Shown: one piece after another, positions 13,701 through 26,359 of the stretch
Layout: every line of letters starts with the position of its first letter
Position numbering within the stretch: the stretch's first letter is position 1
Assembly (NCBI RefSeq): GCF_036321535.1
Contig: NC_087436.1
Location: 95,916,001 to 95,980,000 of the forward strand
DNA from: Camelus dromedarius
Lineage: Eukaryota
Direction of reading: 5' to 3'
DNA length: 64,000 nucleotides
Position numbers and translations under genes: made by a program
The notes under the pieces: generated by a model
Seen by the model: the letters and a program-made list of their open reading frames with translations, nothing else
Databases searched by the model: none
What the model was told of the DNA's origin: nothing

Positions 13701-14137
13701 GCTGACAAAATTGCTACTGCAAAGTACCCTGAACTTTTAAAGGGTGGCTTGGGGTCACTCTAATCGCCCTCCCTTGATCTGGTCGCCTTGCAAACACACT
13801 AGCCCTAGAGATATTTGGCGGGAGGGGGGAGGGGTGATGCGAGGACTGCGAGCAGGAGTGGAGGGCGGGGCAGAGGGAGGGCGCCCACCGGAGTGCCTGG
13901 GTCGTTCTGAACTTGAAGGTTTCGCTTTCGTCCAAGTAGGAGACAACGAGATGACAATGAACTTCCTCCCCCGCGAGCCCCGTGCAAGTCAAGGACAGCA
14001 GGGAAGCCCCAGGACCGCCCGATTCCCGCTTCTCCCCGGGCAGGGGAGCGCAAGGGCCTTCTGGGGGTGGGGGGCAGCCAGGATGCCCTGGGAGGAGGCG
14101 GTGGGGTGGCGTGGGCGAGGCCCCAGAAAGCGCCTAC

Positions 14138-14420
14138 CTGTATCGCGGCGCGCTCAGAGTGCGGGGCCCGGCCGGGGCGCGCAGGTGCTCGGGGGCAGCC
14201 CGGGGAAGGCCTGGGCGGGCGGGGCCCGCATCGTGCCGGGCCGGCTGCGCTTTTCCCGCCGCGGGGAGCCGAGAGGGCTCCCGCCTCTCCTCCACCCAGC
14301 CGAGGACACGGCGGATCCCGCGGCGGCGGCGGCAGCAACAGGCACCAGGGCGCGGGGACGGCGGCGGCGGTAGCGGCGGCGGCGGAGGAGGAGGTGTCTG
14401 CGCGCGGCTCGCGTTTCCTC
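14138..14420 (-). other. TBC1D1: TBC1D1 non-coding exon 1 (5' boundary approximate)
   Basis: GC-rich sequence with (GCC)n runs inside the CpG island. Donor CAG|gtaggc follows 14138, giving intron 1 of ~9.6 kb to the exon 2 acceptor. TSS cannot be fixed from sequence alone. Confidence 0.75.
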
Positions 14421-14832
14421 CTCCCCGGCAGGGCGAGCGCTGGGGAGGCGAGGGGAGGGCAGAACCCTGGATCTCCCAACTCGGTCCCCAGGGACTTAAG
14501 AAGGGGACACGATGCCCCCTCCCTCCCCACTGCGCCGTGTGACTCTGCTCCAGCTGCATGGCTGGGACAGGCGAGTCACACGCGGGCAACAGCTGCTGCA
14601 GTGCGGGTCCGCCGCGGCCTCCCTCCCCTCCCTGCCTCTCCCCTTCCCGGCGGTCCATCCTCAGCCCGCCTCTGGGCCTCCAGCCCCGACCCGGGAGAGG
14701 GTGTCCGGGACGCCGCCCCACCCAGCCCCAGCGCAGGGTCCTGGCCCGCCGAACCCCTGGGGCCCCGAGGCCCCGCGCGTGATTAAGGCCCTCACGGGGT
14801 GATGTGCGGTCGCACACCCTGTCCCCGGTGGC

Positions 14833-14896
14833 CTATTTATAGCAGGTGGCACTGCCCGCCGCGCTTTCGGCCTGCGGGGCTCTCAGCAGGTGGCAC
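14833..14896. promoter_or_regulatory. MEF2 site (also TATA-like on minus strand) plus two AGCAGGTGGCAC E-box/CTCF-like motifs
   Basis: CTATTTATAG at 14833-14842 fits YTA(A/T)4TAR. AGCAGGTGGCAC occurs exactly at 14841-14852 and 14885-14896. Confidence 0.5.
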
Positions 14897-16920
14897 AGCC
14901 AGACCGCTCTTCGCTCCCTCGCGGTAGCCTCGCCTCATCTTCACTCTAGCCTTCTCTCTCCGAAATGGACAGAGTGAAAACTGCACGGAACACAGGAAGG
15001 CGACCAAGCCACCTGGCTCTCCCCCGCATCACCTCTTCTTCCTGTCCTAGGGTTGGATAATGGCAGGGAGTGAATTGAGGCACGGACATCTTATGGGGCG
15101 CTGGTAGGCAAGATTGGAAAAGCAGAGACTCGGGGAGCAGCGAAGGCTGAAGTGTCTTCCCCTACTAACCAGCAGTAAACCCCATTTCTGAACAACTGCC
15201 GGAGTGACGCAGGGGCTAGTTTGGGCGCTTTTTCCGTCCCTTCTGGTCCAGGGCGCGCGCACCCACCCCCCACCCCGACCTCCGGAGGTAGGGAGGGGGA
15301 AATTTGAGGAAAGTCGGGGGGCTTAGCACCATCTCCAGACACGGATGAGCAGGGAGGGGAGAGCAGGAAGACGGAGATGGACTGGGGAGCTGGGGGGAGG
15401 GGGGCGGCGGGGGGACGGCAGCAGAAGGGGACAGCATCTTTCAGTATTTTTTACTTAGTTTATCTGGAGGCTGACTTTAGGGAAGTGGCTGAGTTTGAGG
15501 GTTGGACGTGAACCCAAATCCCAATTCCACCACTGAATTGGCTTAGGCAAGCTACTGGACCTCTGGTCTTCATTCTTTTACCTATAAGATGGGACCAATA
15601 CATGCTGTATAGGACCATTGTGAGGATACAGTGGAAAAGTGCTTAGCACAGTGGCACATCTATGGACCTTAACTAGTGGCAGCAGCTATTGTTACCGTGG
15701 CTCAGGAGGCAAATAGAGGCTCAAGGTTCTCCCCTCCCTCCTCTCCCCTGCCTCCCCCTCCTCCCACCCCTCCCTGAAGGAACAGTGCGTTCCTAGAAGC
15801 TGAGGAGGCTCTTGGAGACTGTTAAGAGTGGGAATGCCTGGTTCTATTCCTCTGAATGCTCACATCCAGGGGAGTTATATTTAAGTGGGACAGAAAAGTT
15901 TTATCCACAGCTTGATTTAAAACTCATAATATTGATAGCTCTTATTCATTGAAAGGCTAGTCTCTTTGAGGCATTTGTGGTAGGTACTTTACATATTGTC
16001 TCTAATCCTCACAAAAACTGCAGAGCAGAGGTAATTAAATCCACTTGACTAATGAGGAAACAAAGAGGTTAGTGCCTCTTGGAGGCCACAGAGCTAGTAG
16101 GTTCTGGGACCTCCCAGATCCGAAGCCCCTGACAATGCACTTGCTCTCTGGGTACCGTGTCGCTGTCTTGTAGCACTCAGCTCATTCTTTGTTACAGCAC
16201 AGTTTTGTGTGTACTTAGCCTCAAGTCTTTTTTAAAACGAGATGAGGAATATATACAGATGGAAATACTCTAATGATGAGAATGCTTACTGGGTTATGGA
16301 AATTACTCTTCATGAGATTATAAGACCAGGTAAACCAGTTAAGCCATACTGTTACCGCTTGGCTCACACCATAATTATTCCACATCTTCGTCTCCAACTC
16401 ACTCATGCGTTCTCAACCCTTCTCTGCAGCAGCCTGCTGAACACACTTACCTCCAGGGTGCGAGGATGGCAAGACGGGCATACTGCCATCCATTTCAGTG
16501 ACACTCGTAAACTGCCTCTCATCCACGACCTGCCGGAGGGCAGCTGAAACCTAACAACCTTGGTCAAGGCAGGACGCTGTACATAGAACATCCTAGCCAG
16601 AACTTCCTCCCTTTGCTTTTCCTCATTAGCCTTCTCCGCTCGCCACTCCACCCACACCCCAGTCCCAGAGTGCAGGAACTCTTAGGCACAGGCAGGCAGC
16701 CAGGTGGGTGCTAATCAGATCACAAAGGTAGGAAGTAGGAGGACTGAGGGGCAGAGGCAAGTCTAGACTCCATGTCTCTAGGCTCCATGTTCCTTCCTTC
16801 CACCCCACTGCTGGAATCTAGCAAGTTGCAGCTCAGAGAGTTAGCAGCAAATGACCATTTGCCCTGACCTCTAGCCTGACCTAAGTAAGAGCCATGACCT
16901 TTTCAGAAGCGGTAATTTCT

Positions 16921-16988
16921 TCCCCACCCCCCTTTTTTAAATTAAAGTGATAGTTGATTTACAATGTTGTATTAGTTTCTGGTGTACA

Positions 16989-17039
<51 letters not shown>

Positions 17040-17515
17040 TACATATATATATATACATACATATATATATGTATTCTTTTTCATTACAAGTTACTACAAG
17101 CCATTGAATATAGTTCCATGTGCTGTACAGTAGGACCTTTTTGTTTATCTATTCTGTACATAGTAGTTTGTATCTGCCAATACCAAACTCCCAATTTATC
17201 CCTGCCCCCCTCCCTCCCTGGTAACCATAAGTTTGTTTTCTATGTCTATGAGTCTCTTTCTGTTTTGTAAATAAGTTCATTTGTGTCATTTTTTTAGATT
17301 CCATGTATAAGTGATATATGTATTTGTCTTTGTCTGACTGACTTACTAGTATGACAGGCTCTAGGTGCACTCATGTTTCTGCCAGTGACATTATTTAATT
17401 CTTTTTTATGGCTGAGTAGTATTCCATTGTATATATGCACCACATTTTCTTTATCCAGTCATCTGTCAATGGACATCTAGGTTGCTACCATGTCTTGGCT
17501 ATTGTAAAAAAGTGG
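16921..17515 (-). mobile_element. 5'-truncated L1 3' end with TSD
   Basis: L1 3'UTR and ORF2 tail. TSD agaagcggtaatttct (16905-16920) / agaagcagtgatttct (17516-17531). Confidence 0.9.
16991..17070. repeat. Compound (TA)n(CA)n(TA)n microsatellite
   Basis: Direct reading. Confidence 0.95.
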
Positions 17516-19729
17516 AGAAGCAGTGATTTCTGCATCACTTTACCAGTTCCCAGGGGCAGTTAGTGCCCTAACAATGATGAAGAGGGATTTTGTAATATGT
17601 ATAGCTTCCTGGAAACAGAACTCCCTTTATAATACGTGGTAAAGATTTTCAAATTTTTTTTGCTACAAAGTATTGTCTCAGTAAGGGAGAGCCTGCCATC
17701 AACCTCATTTGCACTCATTTCTAGCAGTTCTGGAAGAAATAACCAAGAAGAATTTGGGACTGGTGGTGTTCCTGGGATGGCAGGATAAAGACTGTCAAAC
17801 AGGAAGGGGACATCCATGTTGTCCCCTTGCAGAGTGAAAAGGTAAGAGTAACCACCCAGCTATTACCTGCAAGTGCCACTGCTCTGGGAGAGAAGTGGCT
17901 CCTTCTGCTCGTCTCATGGTTGTGTGACTCCCAGCAGGGCTGGTACACCTTGGTGATGGCAACAGAGGGCTCTCTGGGGCCCAGGAAGGTGTTCTGTTGG
18001 TAGTTCTTTAAGTCATCAGTAACAAAACTAAGTAGGGAATGGGGCCAAACACTGCTGTGACTCTGCTTCCAGCCCCTGAGTCTCCTGATCAGTGCCACCC
18101 AGGAACACAAAGAGTGTGGAGATCTTTCCCATTTAGCTGCCATCATTTATGATGCCGGACCCCCTTGGCTCAGTGAAAATCCCGGATGGGAAGACATCAG
18201 TAATCTTGGCTGCTGCCATCTCCTTGTCTGGACAACCTCTGCACCTTCAGCTCTTCCTGAAACCCTGCATGTATCATTCTTTTGAGGTTTCCCTGTAGAT
18301 TCTTTCCTGATTTAGTCATTTGCACTGAAATCAATTGCTCATTGCCAAAGGCCAGAAGCACTGATGTCAGCTTTAAGATGGCTGCAGACTCCTAGAAAAC
18401 TGTGAACCACTGACACCGTTACAAGTGGGAAGCCCAGAGGCTGAAAGAAAAGAGGCCACTTTGCTTTTAAAAAGTTAAGGGGACCGTATATAAATCTAGA
18501 ATGAACAGTCTTTGGTTAATGTTAAAAAGAACTTTAATAAGAATACTCATTATTATCACATCCATCAGTTACTTGTTTAAATATTCATATTAGTTGAAAA
18601 TCCAGACTCTAATTATTGCTATGATATGTTTTCACTGAACTTCCAAATATATATAATAAGATAAGAATTTTTAACTAGTGGGTCTATTCCAAAATTGGTA
18701 TAAAGACAAGACTTAAGATGATACTGAGCAGAACCCCAGGGTAGAAGGTGGCTCACTGGGTACACTTGTGCCCACTGCTCGGTGGTGACTTCCTGGAGAC
18801 CTAGTGGAGAAGGTTTCTAAGGCAAGTCCCAGCTCAGTGGGAAAGGCTGCGAGGCGGGGAAGCAGCATCTGCCCAGAGCGTGGGAGGAGGCAGCGTTGCA
18901 GCACCAATGCCAGGTAATTCGCCAATCCTGACAACCCAGGGCATAACCATTAGCATCTAAACAGTATGTAAGTCAAGCCCAAGTATCTTAATTAGCTGAA
19001 AGAAATATTCTTCATGACGACAATGGATTGAAGTCAAGATCAAGGAGTGCACGACATTGACTTGCCTACAACATGAGGACCTTGAAGCTGCTTTCTGAAA
19101 GGTATGAGAATGATTAAAATACAGTGGAGTAAAAAAATAAAATGGAATGAGCAGATAGCCAATGTAGGTTGGAAAATTTGGCAATGAAAGTACATAAAAA
19201 TGTTTCTGCCTGGGAGAACCCGTGGATGAGACGATGGATGAGACGGCACAGAGTGCATAAATCCATGCGGTGTGAGAACGAGTGCGCTGCACCCTCGAGC
19301 CCCAGCATAGCTTCTGGGACAGCCTCATCTCCTTTTATAGACAAAGCAGATAGAACTCTGGGCACTGGTTCCACTTCCCTTTTCAGCTCCTGCTCCTATT
19401 TGTCAAGTCAGTACTCTTGACAAGCAACTCTGCCACGCAGCTCTCTGACAGTATCCAGCCTTTTCTGAGGTTTCCTTCTCCCTGCCTGAGCTGGTTTGGT
19501 GGGCTTGGGCATCGACACAAAGCCGAGCAAGAGTTAGAGAGCACGTTATCTTTTTTTTGTTTGTTATTATGTCTAAGTCTGTCTAACGTCTCTGAGAATT
19601 TATTTGTAAACTGTCAGAATTAGAGAGCTCAGGGATTTTACCCAGATTGACTAAACTTCCAACACTGAAAGACCCCCACTTTGTTTAATCCCAAATGCCA
19701 TCGTGACATTGCTGGTACTTAATGTGTAA

Positions 19730-20458
19730 TCTCACCTAGAAAATGCAGTAGCCAGCTCATTGGTCTCCCTGCTGCTGCCTTTGTCAGCCTGCAATCCATT
19801 CTCCATATGGCAGCCAAGTGAATCTATTAAAATATTAGTTGGGTCATGTCACTGCTCTATTTAGAACCCTCCCATGGCTTCCCAGATTGCTTAGAGTAAA
19901 ACCCAGACTCCTTATAATGGTTTATGGAGCCAAATGGGATCTTCCCGTTCCCCACCCGACACTACTACCTCTGTACTGCATCGTCCACTGCCAGCCTCTA
20001 GCCATATTGACCTTGCTGTAACTCAAACCTGCCAGGGACACTCCTGCCACACGGCATTTGCACTCACGATTCCCTTTGCTGGTCACACTCTCCCGTCAGA
20101 TATCCACATTGCCCCCCTAACTTACTCCATCTTCTTTAGTCTTTGTTTAAAAACCACCTTCTCTATGAGGCCTTCTCCGACCAACCTGTTGAAAATGGAA
20201 AAGCACACGGGTATGTACACACACATGCACATATATTTCTTATTCCTTTTTCCTGCTTTATATTTCTCCATTACATTCATTACCCTCTAATATACTATAT
20301 TAGTTACTTGTCTATCTTTTTGTCATCTGTTTTTTTCCTGCTCCCCTCTCTATGAGAGTAGAGAATTCTTTCTGTTTTGTTTACAGCTGTATCTCCAGTG
20401 CATGGAATAGAGCCCAGCATGTAGTAGGCATTCAATAAATATGTTCAGGATGAATGAA
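19730..20458 (+). mobile_element. L2 3' end
   Basis: Ends ...cccagcatgtagtaggcattcaataaatatgttcaggatgaatgaa, a typical L2 tail. Confidence 0.75.
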
Positions 20459-22646
20459 AATAACTTGTTAATTCATGACATTTGTGAGTTCATTGAATGT
20501 CTACATAATACTTCCCTTAGATTAGAAACTTTTTCGGTTTCCCTCTGTTTACCCCTTGTGCCCGCATCAAGTTTCTCAGCTGTCCTAAGAGATACGTCAG
20601 TTCTTCCCCAAGGTGAGCTGATTGTTAGAGCATGTGACTCCTTGTTTAACCAGCAACATAGGATCAGATTTCCAGATATACTGCTCAAGGACTGCAAAGT
20701 CATGGAGCAACCGAGAACTCATCCACACTCAACATTTGTCAAAAATTTGGTCAAGGTGAAGACCATTTTGGAGAACTGCCTGAAAGATGTACAGTCCAAT
20801 TGGCCTTCTAGAATCTGTATCCCTAAAATCAGGCTCTATATCAGATCAACCCAAGTGAAGAGCAGTTTGCCTGGACTGTAGCCAAAACGATTTCTTTGGT
20901 CAAATTGTACTTCGACATTATCCCATTTGCCCATACTGGGGGAATACATTTTTTTTAAATGCCCTATTCAGTATGCGGTGTTGTTTAATACCTTACACAG
21001 TGTCTTTTTAAGGAGAATCCAGGAAGTAGCTTCTCGCAGGGCTCTACCAGGAATAACTTTTCTTTCCTTGAGCAACTAGTGGCATCTCCATCCCTGGACT
21101 GACTAATGGGCTCAACGGGTCCATTGCTTGACAAATATTGAGGTCATTTTGTATAAAGTCGGTGATTCACGAGTGCCCTTTCTAAGCCATTGCCAGCTTG
21201 TGCCAGTTTTCACCCATCCAAGACGAAATATGAACGACAGCACATAATTTCCTCAACTGGACTATTCTGTATCCTGAGATCACATTTTCCCCACTTTGTA
21301 GGTATTAACAAAAGAAAGTCTTTCTTATATGAAGTGATAGTGCACGTCAATGGCAGGGGCCTTTGTTTACTTATTTTATTTTTGTCTTTTAATGACTTTA
21401 CCTGGTAAAAGAACCTGATCGCATGCTTCTGTCACTTCCCAGTTTGGGGGGAAATTTTACTGGTTTAGAAAATCCAAAGTCTTGAGAGCACTGGTTTCCT
21501 ACCTTCCTCCTGGTTTCATTTAGCCTTCCCTACTTTCTCTTCCCTTCATCTTATTTTCTTACTTATTGTTAAGTTTGTTGTTGCCTTGGATGCATTCAAG
21601 CTCCCTGCAATCATTTCTGGGATGTGGCAGGCATGAATGAATGTATGAGTGAATGAATGAACGAATGACCAGACAAAGAACGAATCAACTCACCTGGCAC
21701 GGCCTCCAGCTCCACACGGCGCCAAATGCTCTCATTTGTCACCACCTGCAGGTTATCTGCAAGTGCACGATGTATAGTGCTTTGTAACTTACATCTCCTC
21801 TTGCTTAATCTCATCAGCCTTCAGAGGTAAGTGTTATTTCCCCCCATTTCCTCATTATACACGTGAAGCAATTTAGGCTTAGAGTATTTGAGTTTTTCTA
21901 AGGCAGAAAACCTGTTGGAGGAGAAATTGGAATTTTCACCTAAATGTCCTGCCTCCCAGCCTAATTCTTTTCCTCTGTACCATATTTACTGTCTCTTAAA
22001 AGGACTGTTTTTGAGGGTGATATTGTCCAGGGTTGTGCTGTTGCTGCTTTAAGAAGACAAAAGGAGAGTCTGGTTCTTTCCCTGGCTTTCAGAATAACCT
22101 GACTTGTTGCAGGGTGTTCTGTGGGAGGCTTGTGCTTCCGCTGGGCCCTCTGACCCCCATAGCTTGGGGGAGTGCCCATTGAACTGAACCAAGGTTCCCG
22201 GGATCAGTACGTATTGAAGAACTGTGCTGCGGTTCACCTTTTCTATTGCTTAGGAATTTGTGTTGTGCAACAGCATCATAGTGGGCACTTGCTTCATTAC
22301 TTAGTAATTTCCTTTAACGTAAAGCTGAGCTAGAGACCTTCGGCCCTCTTCCCATTTTCCTGTTGCTAAATATAAAGTGTAAGAGGAAGTTATCCTACTA
22401 TTCAAAGGAAAATAACTTGAGTCCTTAAATTTGAAGCTTGGAGCAAAAAATGAAGGGGGAGGTAGAATTTACCAAGATTTCCAGACTGGCAGGTCTGTAC
22501 CACAGAGGGCTTAGAAGAGTCTTTTCAAGCAGTAGACAGCTTTGTCGTTTAGTGATTCTTTCTGCGGACCTGAGCTAGGCACTGAGGTGATGGAAAGAAA
22601 TATGAGGCGTCCTCCCTGTCCTCAGGACCCTTACGCTTTTCTAATT

Positions 22647-22895
22647 CAGGGTCAACAAACTTTTCTTAAAGGCCCATTTAGCAAATATTTTAGCCTTTGC
22701 AGGCCATTTGAACTCTGTCCCAAATTCTGTCTTTGTCATTGTTAGGCAAAAGTAGCCACAACAACAGGGAAGCAATGAGGATGGCTGTGTCCTAGTGAGT
22801 CTGGACACTGCCACTGGAATGTCATGAATTTTTGCATATCCAGAAATATGATTCTTAAAAAGATTTTTTTCAATCATTGAAAAATGTAAGAACTA
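22647..22895 (+). mobile_element. MER58B-like hAT element, partial
   Basis: cagggtcaacaaacttttcttaaaggccc...aaatattttagcctttgcaggcca. Confidence 0.7.
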
Positions 22896-23010
22896 CTATA
22901 TCAAACTAATAAGTTCCTGCACAGCAAAAGAAATTGTCAACAAAATGAAAAGGCAACCTATGGAATGAAGGAAAACATTTGCAAACCATATATCAGATCA
23001 GAGGTTAATA
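22896..23010 (+). mobile_element. Internal L1 ORF2 fragment
   Basis: ctgcacagcaaaagaaattgtcaacaaaatgaaaaggcaacctatggaat (CTAKE...KRQP motif). Confidence 0.75.
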
Positions 23011-23079
23011 CGTGCTTCGTTAATTAACATAGTAAATAACAAATCTGGCCACAGGTCTAATTACTCCATGGTTTTGTAG

Positions 23080-23348
23080 TGATGATTATACATGATAATC
23101 TAGGGTACCTGTGGCAACAGAAATGTGACATGAAAATAGGTGATTTCTATTGATGACAAAGTCACGGGGACTGGTGATAAAAAATCAAGTGCTTTGTTGC
23201 CTGCATTCATCATCAAAGGAAAGTCTAAATTCTGGTTAGAACTACTAGAAGTAACTTTAAATTAAAAATTTTCCATCCAAGTTCGCTGACTCTGCATTCT
23301 ATGTACAGAATCATTGGAGTAACTTTGACCTCAGGTTAAGAGCTCCTG
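23080..23348 (+). mobile_element. Charlie2-like hAT 3' end
   Basis: ttccatccaagttc...cctcaggttaagagctcctg terminus. Confidence 0.45.
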
Positions 23349-23466
23349 GGAAGTCAAGGGGAATGTGGTCTGGAGAAATGGGGCATTTAGAATGCCCTCG
23401 TCTTTGGGAGCACAATTTTAACAGAGAGGAGAAGACAGGCTAAATTGAAGGGCATTGACCTGGCAG

Positions 23467-23940
23467 TGTTGGTTCATAAAATGGCCCCAAACACAAGGGC
23501 AAAGAGAAACCAAAGAAAGGGGCAGGCCACTCCCATAGGTGGGGTTTTAATAAGCAAGGGAACTTACACAGGGTCTGGTCCCGGGCAACCACAAGACCAG
23601 CAGGTCTCTGTACCTGCCCATCAGAATCTTAAAAGTTAACGTAGAGGCCTCACCTGGCGTCAGCTGGTCTCTACAACACGTTACTATCTCAAGGCTGTGT
23701 CCTTGTGGAAGCTTGTTCAGGGAAGGCAGGCAGAATGCACATTCCATGGACAGAGCAAGGGGTGGGTCAACTGGAGGTCACGACCTTTGACGACCTTCAC
23801 CACCAAGCAAGGAGGGAAGAAGTTCTAAGTGGCCTGTGCAACTTTGTCCACATCCATGCGGCCTCTTGCACCAGTTCTTTAAGCGACAAGAAGGCAGGAT
23901 GGGTGTGACTTGGGCTCCTTGGTGGAGCTCTTACCACACA
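23467..23940 (-). mobile_element. Solo LTR, probably ERV1 class
   Basis: TG...CA termini and perfect 4-bp TSD GCAG (23463-23466 / 23941-23944). Minus-strand ATTAAA near 23546-23551 sets the orientation. Confidence 0.75.
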
Positions 23941-24539
23941 GCAGATGCTGCAGTGTGGGAACCCTGCAAAGCAAGGGTTTCGATGCCATGTTGTCTGTTA
24001 ACTGGACTTTTCATGTATTTATTTATTAAAACATTGATTTGGAAAAGCAGTTTGAAACAGATTTACTCTCCCCTAAGAAGACCCCCCCCCCCGGATGGTG
24101 AGAAACACTTGCTATTCCTTTCATTTCAACTTTACTGGTGGGCACAAAAATGATTATTTTCATTGAATTTTTATATTTTTATATTCTTCTAATTATCTAT
24201 AATAAATGTGCATTATTTTATTATGGACAAAGCCTTTATATTAAAAATAAAGTTTATTTCTGCTCTTTATTTTGGGGTCTCTCATCTGTATTAAAATACA
24301 TATACAGGACAGAGTCAGCCTTATTCCTCAATATTGAATCAGAACTTGAGGAAAGAAAGGCAGGAGGGAAGAAAAGAAAGAAGGAAGGAGGGAGACAGGG
24401 AGGAAGGGACGGAAAGGTTAAAAGATTATTCCGTTTCCTTACAATTCCAAGTCACTCAACCTTATCTAGGCTCTGCTACCGCTTGGTAATTCTTTCACTC
24501 ATCTCTTATCTATTCTTTATCCTGCAAACACAGGATGAG

Positions 24540-24699
24540 TGAGCCTCAACCAAGCCCAGTTAAGCCTGCCCCAAAGCAGAACTGTGTATCTCAGCCCAGG
24601 CCACATTGCCAATCCACAGCATATGCTAATTAATTGGTTATTGCCTTAAGCTACTCATTTTGGGGGTGGGTTCTTACGCAGGAAAAGCTAACTAATACA
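24540..24699 (+). mobile_element. MLT1-type LTR 3' end
   Basis: ttaagctactcattttgggggtgggttcttacgcaggaaaagctaactaataca. Confidence 0.55.
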
Positions 24700-25890
24700 G
24701 GTGGGTAATGTATTTTCCAAATCTGTATTTCCTGGCAATTTTCCCAAATTCCAAGTTCTCCAAGATGCACACAGTGTATTACGATAACATCTACAGCTCT
24801 TCTTAGCACCCAGAAAGATTCTTTTGAGTTGTGAGTATTTTCTTGGTGTCATGTTATCTGTCCTGGGCTTCAGAATTCCATTTACATTTGGCATGCAACA
24901 CGATCACCCCTGTACCTCAACATCAGCTACCAATCATCACAGCTCAGTTCTTCCTATAACCAGTGACAAGACCCCACAAATCTGTGTTAAATTTCCCTTT
25001 AATGCTCCATAACCATAGAAGCCCCTTTAGGTTTGGATGCTGCTTTGGAGAAAGACCCCATTCCTGTCTCACTGACCACCCTCAGGGTCCATGGATACTT
25101 CCCAGATTTGTAAATTTGGGCAAATTACTTAATTGACTTCTGTTGGTTCTCAATGTCACCACTCATAAGGTGAGGATAAAAATGGTAGTCCTTACCTTAC
25201 GATGTTGTCCGTAGGACTAGTGAGCTAATAAAGGCAAAATACTTAAAACAGAATCTGGCACGTAGTAGAGCAGGCCATTATTGTTATATTTCAGAGTTGC
25301 AGTGTCTCCTTTTCCTTCTTCTCTGGGTCTTACCAGCTTTCTTTCCTCTTCTATCTATAGGGAGAACAGGATGCTACCCTAATAGGCTATTTCAAATAAC
25401 CCCAATCTCTTTGGAAACTGTGACTTCAGGAATTCAGCATTTATGCCGCTTCATAAGCAGTTATCATGATTGCTGTAAAGAAAAAGTCGGAAACATTTTT
25501 CTCTTTTAAATGGTCAAGGTTTTTCCAGCAAGGACAGGAAAACTTCTCCAAAGCCAGGAACATTTTTCAAGCTGAAATTTAACAACTTAGAAGTCTTTCA
25601 AAACTCCTTCAAGTCCTGTTTCCCTAAAATGAGATTTTGCTGGGAACCAGCAGGGTGTGCAGGAAAGCATGGTCAGGGATGGGCCAGTTCTGGAAGCCTG
25701 TGGACTGCACAGGTGTGGAGAAGGCTCACAATTCAAGTGGACCTTAGTGCTAGACAAAATAGAGCAAAAAGTTTTTAAATACAGAGTTGCACTCCAAAGA
25801 AGGAAAAGAGAATTTCCTAAGTATTAAAAGAATTTTCCTTGGTGAACTGGGAAGAGCAGAAAGCAGCCCCTGAAGTCCCCAGGGGTTTAA

Positions 25891-25892
25891 TC

Positions 25893-25923
<31 letters not shown>

Positions 25924-25988
25924 ACAGACACACACACAGACACACACACCCACAGACACACACACCTACACACACCCACACCCACACA
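25891..25988. repeat. (CT)n(CA)n imperfect microsatellite
   Basis: Direct reading. Confidence 0.9.
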
Positions 25989-26359
25989 AGGGCACCTGGA
26001 AATGTGGACCTGGGCTGATAGGAGGCAGGAAGTTGGAACTGACTCGGTTGTCTTTTTTTTAAATTTTTTCTCCCTTTAAAGCTCTATTGCATTCTTTTTT
26101 CAAGTCTCTTGTTTTTATTCATGGTCCTATCTTATCCCTTCGAGTCCAAGACACATGAAAAGGACTGTATCTCTGTGAGAGGGGAAGTAGAAAAAAAGTT
26201 ACTCCTTGGTCCAGAATTAAGGAAGCTTGTAGTTTGACACTGAGTAGGGATGGGGTTGGGGGGTGGGCTGGGGGTCAGAGGTTACAAATATCTTCTCCCA
26301 GACTGGGTTGTCTTTTCATTGTTTACACTGGCTTTCGTTATACAAATGTAGTATTCTTT

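Larger units (their letters stand above)
13760..15430. promoter_or_regulatory. CpG island / TBC1D1 promoter
   Basis: Very high GC and CpG density against an AT-rich background, multiple GC boxes (GGGCGG), and it spans putative exon 1. Confidence 0.9.

Noticed and set aside
13714..15437. Many long overlapping ORFs (186-241 aa) on both strands
   Set aside because: Artefact of stop-codon scarcity in a GC-rich CpG island; low-complexity Gly/Pro/Arg/Ala products with no recognisable domain.
20441..20881. 146-aa intergenic ORF
   Set aside because: Begins in an L2 tail, has no recognisable domain or splice context, and is plausible by chance.
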